A stretch of DNA of 56,363 nt, counting the filler, from Sluysia triapertura (lineage: Eukaryota): NCBI GenBank assembly GCA_046118255.1. It is 4 parts of 4 records of this genome, joined end to end, with 100 filler letters (N's around TTAATTAATTAA, not from the genome) between each part and the next. Parts side by side here need not be neighbours in the genome. Positions count along the whole stretch, not along the records: positions 37,671 to 56,363 come from JBJNIA010129738.1; 3 more parts are not named here. One strand, written 5' to 3'. Position 1 is the first letter of the stretch. Each line of letters starts with the position of its first letter. This document shows, piece by piece, positions 52,944 through 56,363 of the stretch. Both the position numbers and the translations under genes were made by a program. The notes under the pieces were generated by a model. It was given only the letters and a program-made list of their open reading frames with translations, did no database searches and was not told the DNA's origin.

Positions 52944-54649
52944 AACTTTATTAGCAATAACATTTTTAATTCGAATTTTATGAATAAATTTTTCGAAGTT
53001 TATAAGTTGTTATTTAATAAACTTAAAATCTTATTACTTGTAATCAACATAATAAAATATAAATTTAATTTACAACTTTCTAATAAAAAATTAAATTTTA
53101 ATAAAGTAAATCAATTTTTAATGAAAATAATCGTATTTCATAAACAAAACAATTTAAAAATCCTACAAAAGTCAAAGGAATTTTAATAACGAGAGATTTT
53201 AATATGAAAATGAATGAAGAATAACATTCGTCCAATTACTAAATATATTCAATTTAATGAACAGCGTGAAATGTGAAACTCATAAATGCGGAAATATTGT
53301 TGCGTTTTTGAATTAACCGATCACAATAAAAGGAATCCCAATATTTTCAATACTTATCAAAATAAATTTAAAATATCTCAAGTTCTATTAGTTTAATGAT
53401 GATAACTATTCAACCAGAATAGAAATTATATTCTTTAATTCAAATCAATAATAAAAGTCAATCTTATAATAATTACAAAAAATTAAAACACAAATTACTA
53501 CAGTAAATCTCCGCTTTGAGAATTATGTAAATGAGACCACTAAAAATAATAATAAACAGTTAAAAGAAAGTTAACAATAACTTTTATAATAATTTTAATA
53601 ACATGTGCAAAAACGAAAACCAGAATTAAGATTTGACAAATAATACTATTTATATTCTTCCCAAAGATTGCAAAACAAAATCAAAATCAGATTTTTAAAA
53701 ATAAATTGGACAGGGTGTCTTCCATAAAACTAACTTTAGAATATTCCCCCAAAAACGAAATAAAATAATAATAATCAAAATAACAATATTAAAATAATAG
53801 AATAAAACAAATATAATATCCTTGTCAATAGCATGGATCTTCTAACTTAAGTGTACATAATTTTTTTAATTTTTAAATTTTTTTATAATTTAAGTTTTTC
53901 ATTTTATACAATCTCATCATCCAATCAATCCTAGGTTTCACAATCAAACACTTTTGCACACAAATCATCAAAACCTCTGAGAATTAGATGACAATAATAA
54001 CAATTTTTGATAATTACATGGTACGTTCTGTCAAACCCAAGTTTATAATGAAAAATGTTTTATGGTTCTTATTCTCAAACAAACCGTTCTACAATCATTT
54101 CGAACTCACATATAGATTTTCCTCTTTCATAGCAATCATGTCATATTCCACTCATTACATTTGCATCACTCTAAATATAAAAAATTCAAATTTTCCATAA
54201 TTAAAAATTAATTAAATTTTGACATTGCTCTATATTAAGGTTTTCTTTGCATGAACTCTGTCAAACCATACTACATCGAAAGGCCTTTTTAAAACAAATA
54301 TACATACAGTTTCAAATTCAACACAGCATTCCGCATTCAAAAGTTATTCACAAAAACGTACTTTTTCTTAATTAAGTTAATTACGATTTTAATAAAATAA
54401 TTTATTTTTAGACGTAATCTTACTCTATGTTTAGAGGTTTTATTAAGATTCTAAAGTTATTTACTAGTTTATAAGGCATTCAGGAGGCTCTAGATGTTTT
54501 CATCTTCACCTCTCAGATTCTCTGATTTTAAACACTTTATAAGATTACTAGAGGATCTCAAATGCTCATCGATACTTAAAGGTTAGTAATGCTTCGAATT
54601 TTTCCAAGCCCATCTCAAGCTTCCATAAAGTCTCAAACCCTTACAGAGG

Positions 54650-54835
54650 TCTTTGGAACTCCAAGGTATTCTTTAGTTGTTAATATTATTATAGATGTTT
54701 TCTTTTTCATCATTCTTATTCCAACAATGTTTTTCATGTTCAATCAATCACTTTGTATCAGGTTTTCCTTCATTTTATGATTTCATGTGTTTTCATTCGT
54801 CACCAGATCCAGAGTTTGGCAATCCCAACAATATT
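54650..54835 (-). pseudogene. Decayed ORF fragment, paralog of 26562-26746
   Basis: Collinear similarity to 26562-26746; the shared reading frame carries several stops. Confidence 0.7.
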
Positions 54836-55389
54836 ATCTTAATATTCATCATCATTAGTTATTATTGACGTCATCATTATTATTGCATATGCATCTAAAC
54901 CAATGAAGTTACATTCAATTCAAACTTCATTGCTAACACATACTGTACAATATAATCATTTTGCGTGACAATGTTAATTCTTAAGTAATAAAGGTTTTAA
55001 AAATTAAAAAAATGAAGTTACAATACTTGATTTGATGTGAAACTTGTACGTTTTGATAGTAAATATACTGATTTTCTGGTTCTGTATTCAGCGTTATCAG
55101 TAGTTCTATTCGATTAATTCAGAATTCAACCAATCGAATGTATGTATGTTGTCAACCCTTTACAGTCGAAGTGTGTCAAATTTGAAAACTATATATTTCG
55201 TATCAGCAAACTGATTGTAGTAATTGGACATAAATTATTTATCATTCATGTTTTCTGTGAAAATGGATCGTTTGTGATAGAAGATTCAACAGTAAAATTG
55301 TTATCACAATGCAATTGTATTGGTGTATTTAACATGGATTTAAAAATTATTGTGATGCAACTCATAGTCAATTTTTAAGCTCGTGATGA

Positions 55390-55570
55390 ACTCAAACCTG
55401 AAACAAAATTATCATAAACAAATTCATGAATGAACTTCAACTCAACATAACACAATTATATAAATTAACAAATAACATACAAAAATCGGAAACACGGAGA
55501 ATTTAATAATTTTTCACAACAATCATATTAATGACAACAATACTTACTCTAAGATTTACATTCAATTATA
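55390..55570 (-). repeat. Dispersed non-coding repeat homologous to about 25470-25645 (+)
   Basis: Reverse complement GTATTGTTGTCATT..ATGATTGTTGTGAA..TTATTAAATT..CGATTTTTGTATGT..ATAATTGTG matches the 25.5 kb block. Confidence 0.75.
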
Positions 55571-56363
55571 CATAACTATTAATTTAAGCAATCTAAAATT
55601 TAATATTGTTATTACGATGTACGACGTTATTGATATCATATCTATTTTTATTGCTACATAATTACATTATCATCTGATTATATTATATTATCATATTTTG
55701 TTTGATTGTTATTAAATGCCGTTCATTCATTCATTGTTCGGATCATTCATTAAACCCCTATATACAAACACAATTTATATTATAAAAAATTAAAAATACA
55801 TAAAACACGAATAAAATATTACTTTTATTACTATTAATTACTGTTAATAACTTTTATTACTTTTAATTTCTATATTGCATTTAGTTAAATAAATTTCTTT
55901 TCAAAAGTATGACATATTATACAAACTATTTATTTAAGAAACTATACAACTTATTGTGCAAAATTAATATTTTATTGATGTTCCTGATTTTATTTAATAC
56001 GTGCACACACCTTTTTGTCATCGAATTAAACAATGTATTTACACTTTATTTCAACCTACAAAAAAATCTTAGTTTAGTACTGTGTTTCCATTCATAACAT
56101 CATAAGAAAGTTTCGCAAAATTTCCTACTCTATCATTATAATTTATATTTTTCAATTGTTTCTTCAACTTTCTTAAACATTTCTTGTGATGTTTCATGAC
56201 AATATTCTTTGATTATAAATGTGAGAATATTTTGACCAGTAATTTTAATTTTAAAAGTTTACGGGTAAATGTTTTTCATAAAGAGATAATCGCATAATGA
56301 AGATAATTATTTCCGATGATCTCTGATTCTATACTTTGTTTATAATAGTTGTTTAGATGAATA

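Overview
Very AT-rich (roughly three-quarters A+T by eye) draft scaffold of an animal-like eukaryote, with four N-gaps; three gaps contain an artificial TTAATTAATTAA linker. Two spliced host genes are clear but incomplete here: a deoxynucleoside kinase (+, 3 exons, 1009-6961) and TYW5 (-, 4 exons, 49504-48899, introns of 32, 32 and 68 nt). There are also two orphan terminal exons on the minus strand (23.5 kb; 32 kb, nuclear-receptor-like, whose frame stays open for another 105 codons after the stop). Most of the rest is decayed mobile DNA: two Tc1/mariner DD41D-type remnants, a pogo/Tc2-type MITE, a Maverick/Polinton integrase fragment, a heavily degraded Kolobok-like transposase, and a tRNA-containing repeat. 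Mixed in are many decayed ORFs, including recognisable host-gene pieces (kinesin light chain, NDOR1, Myc/Mxd-type bHLH, LRR, BED finger). Several unrelated ORFs sit behind a shared leader/promoter module, and a TTAA-RGG terminus-like module with subterminal palindromes recurs five times. The main hypothesis is a family of large gene-capturing DNA elements. All homology calls come from manual translation and remembered motifs; no searches were run.
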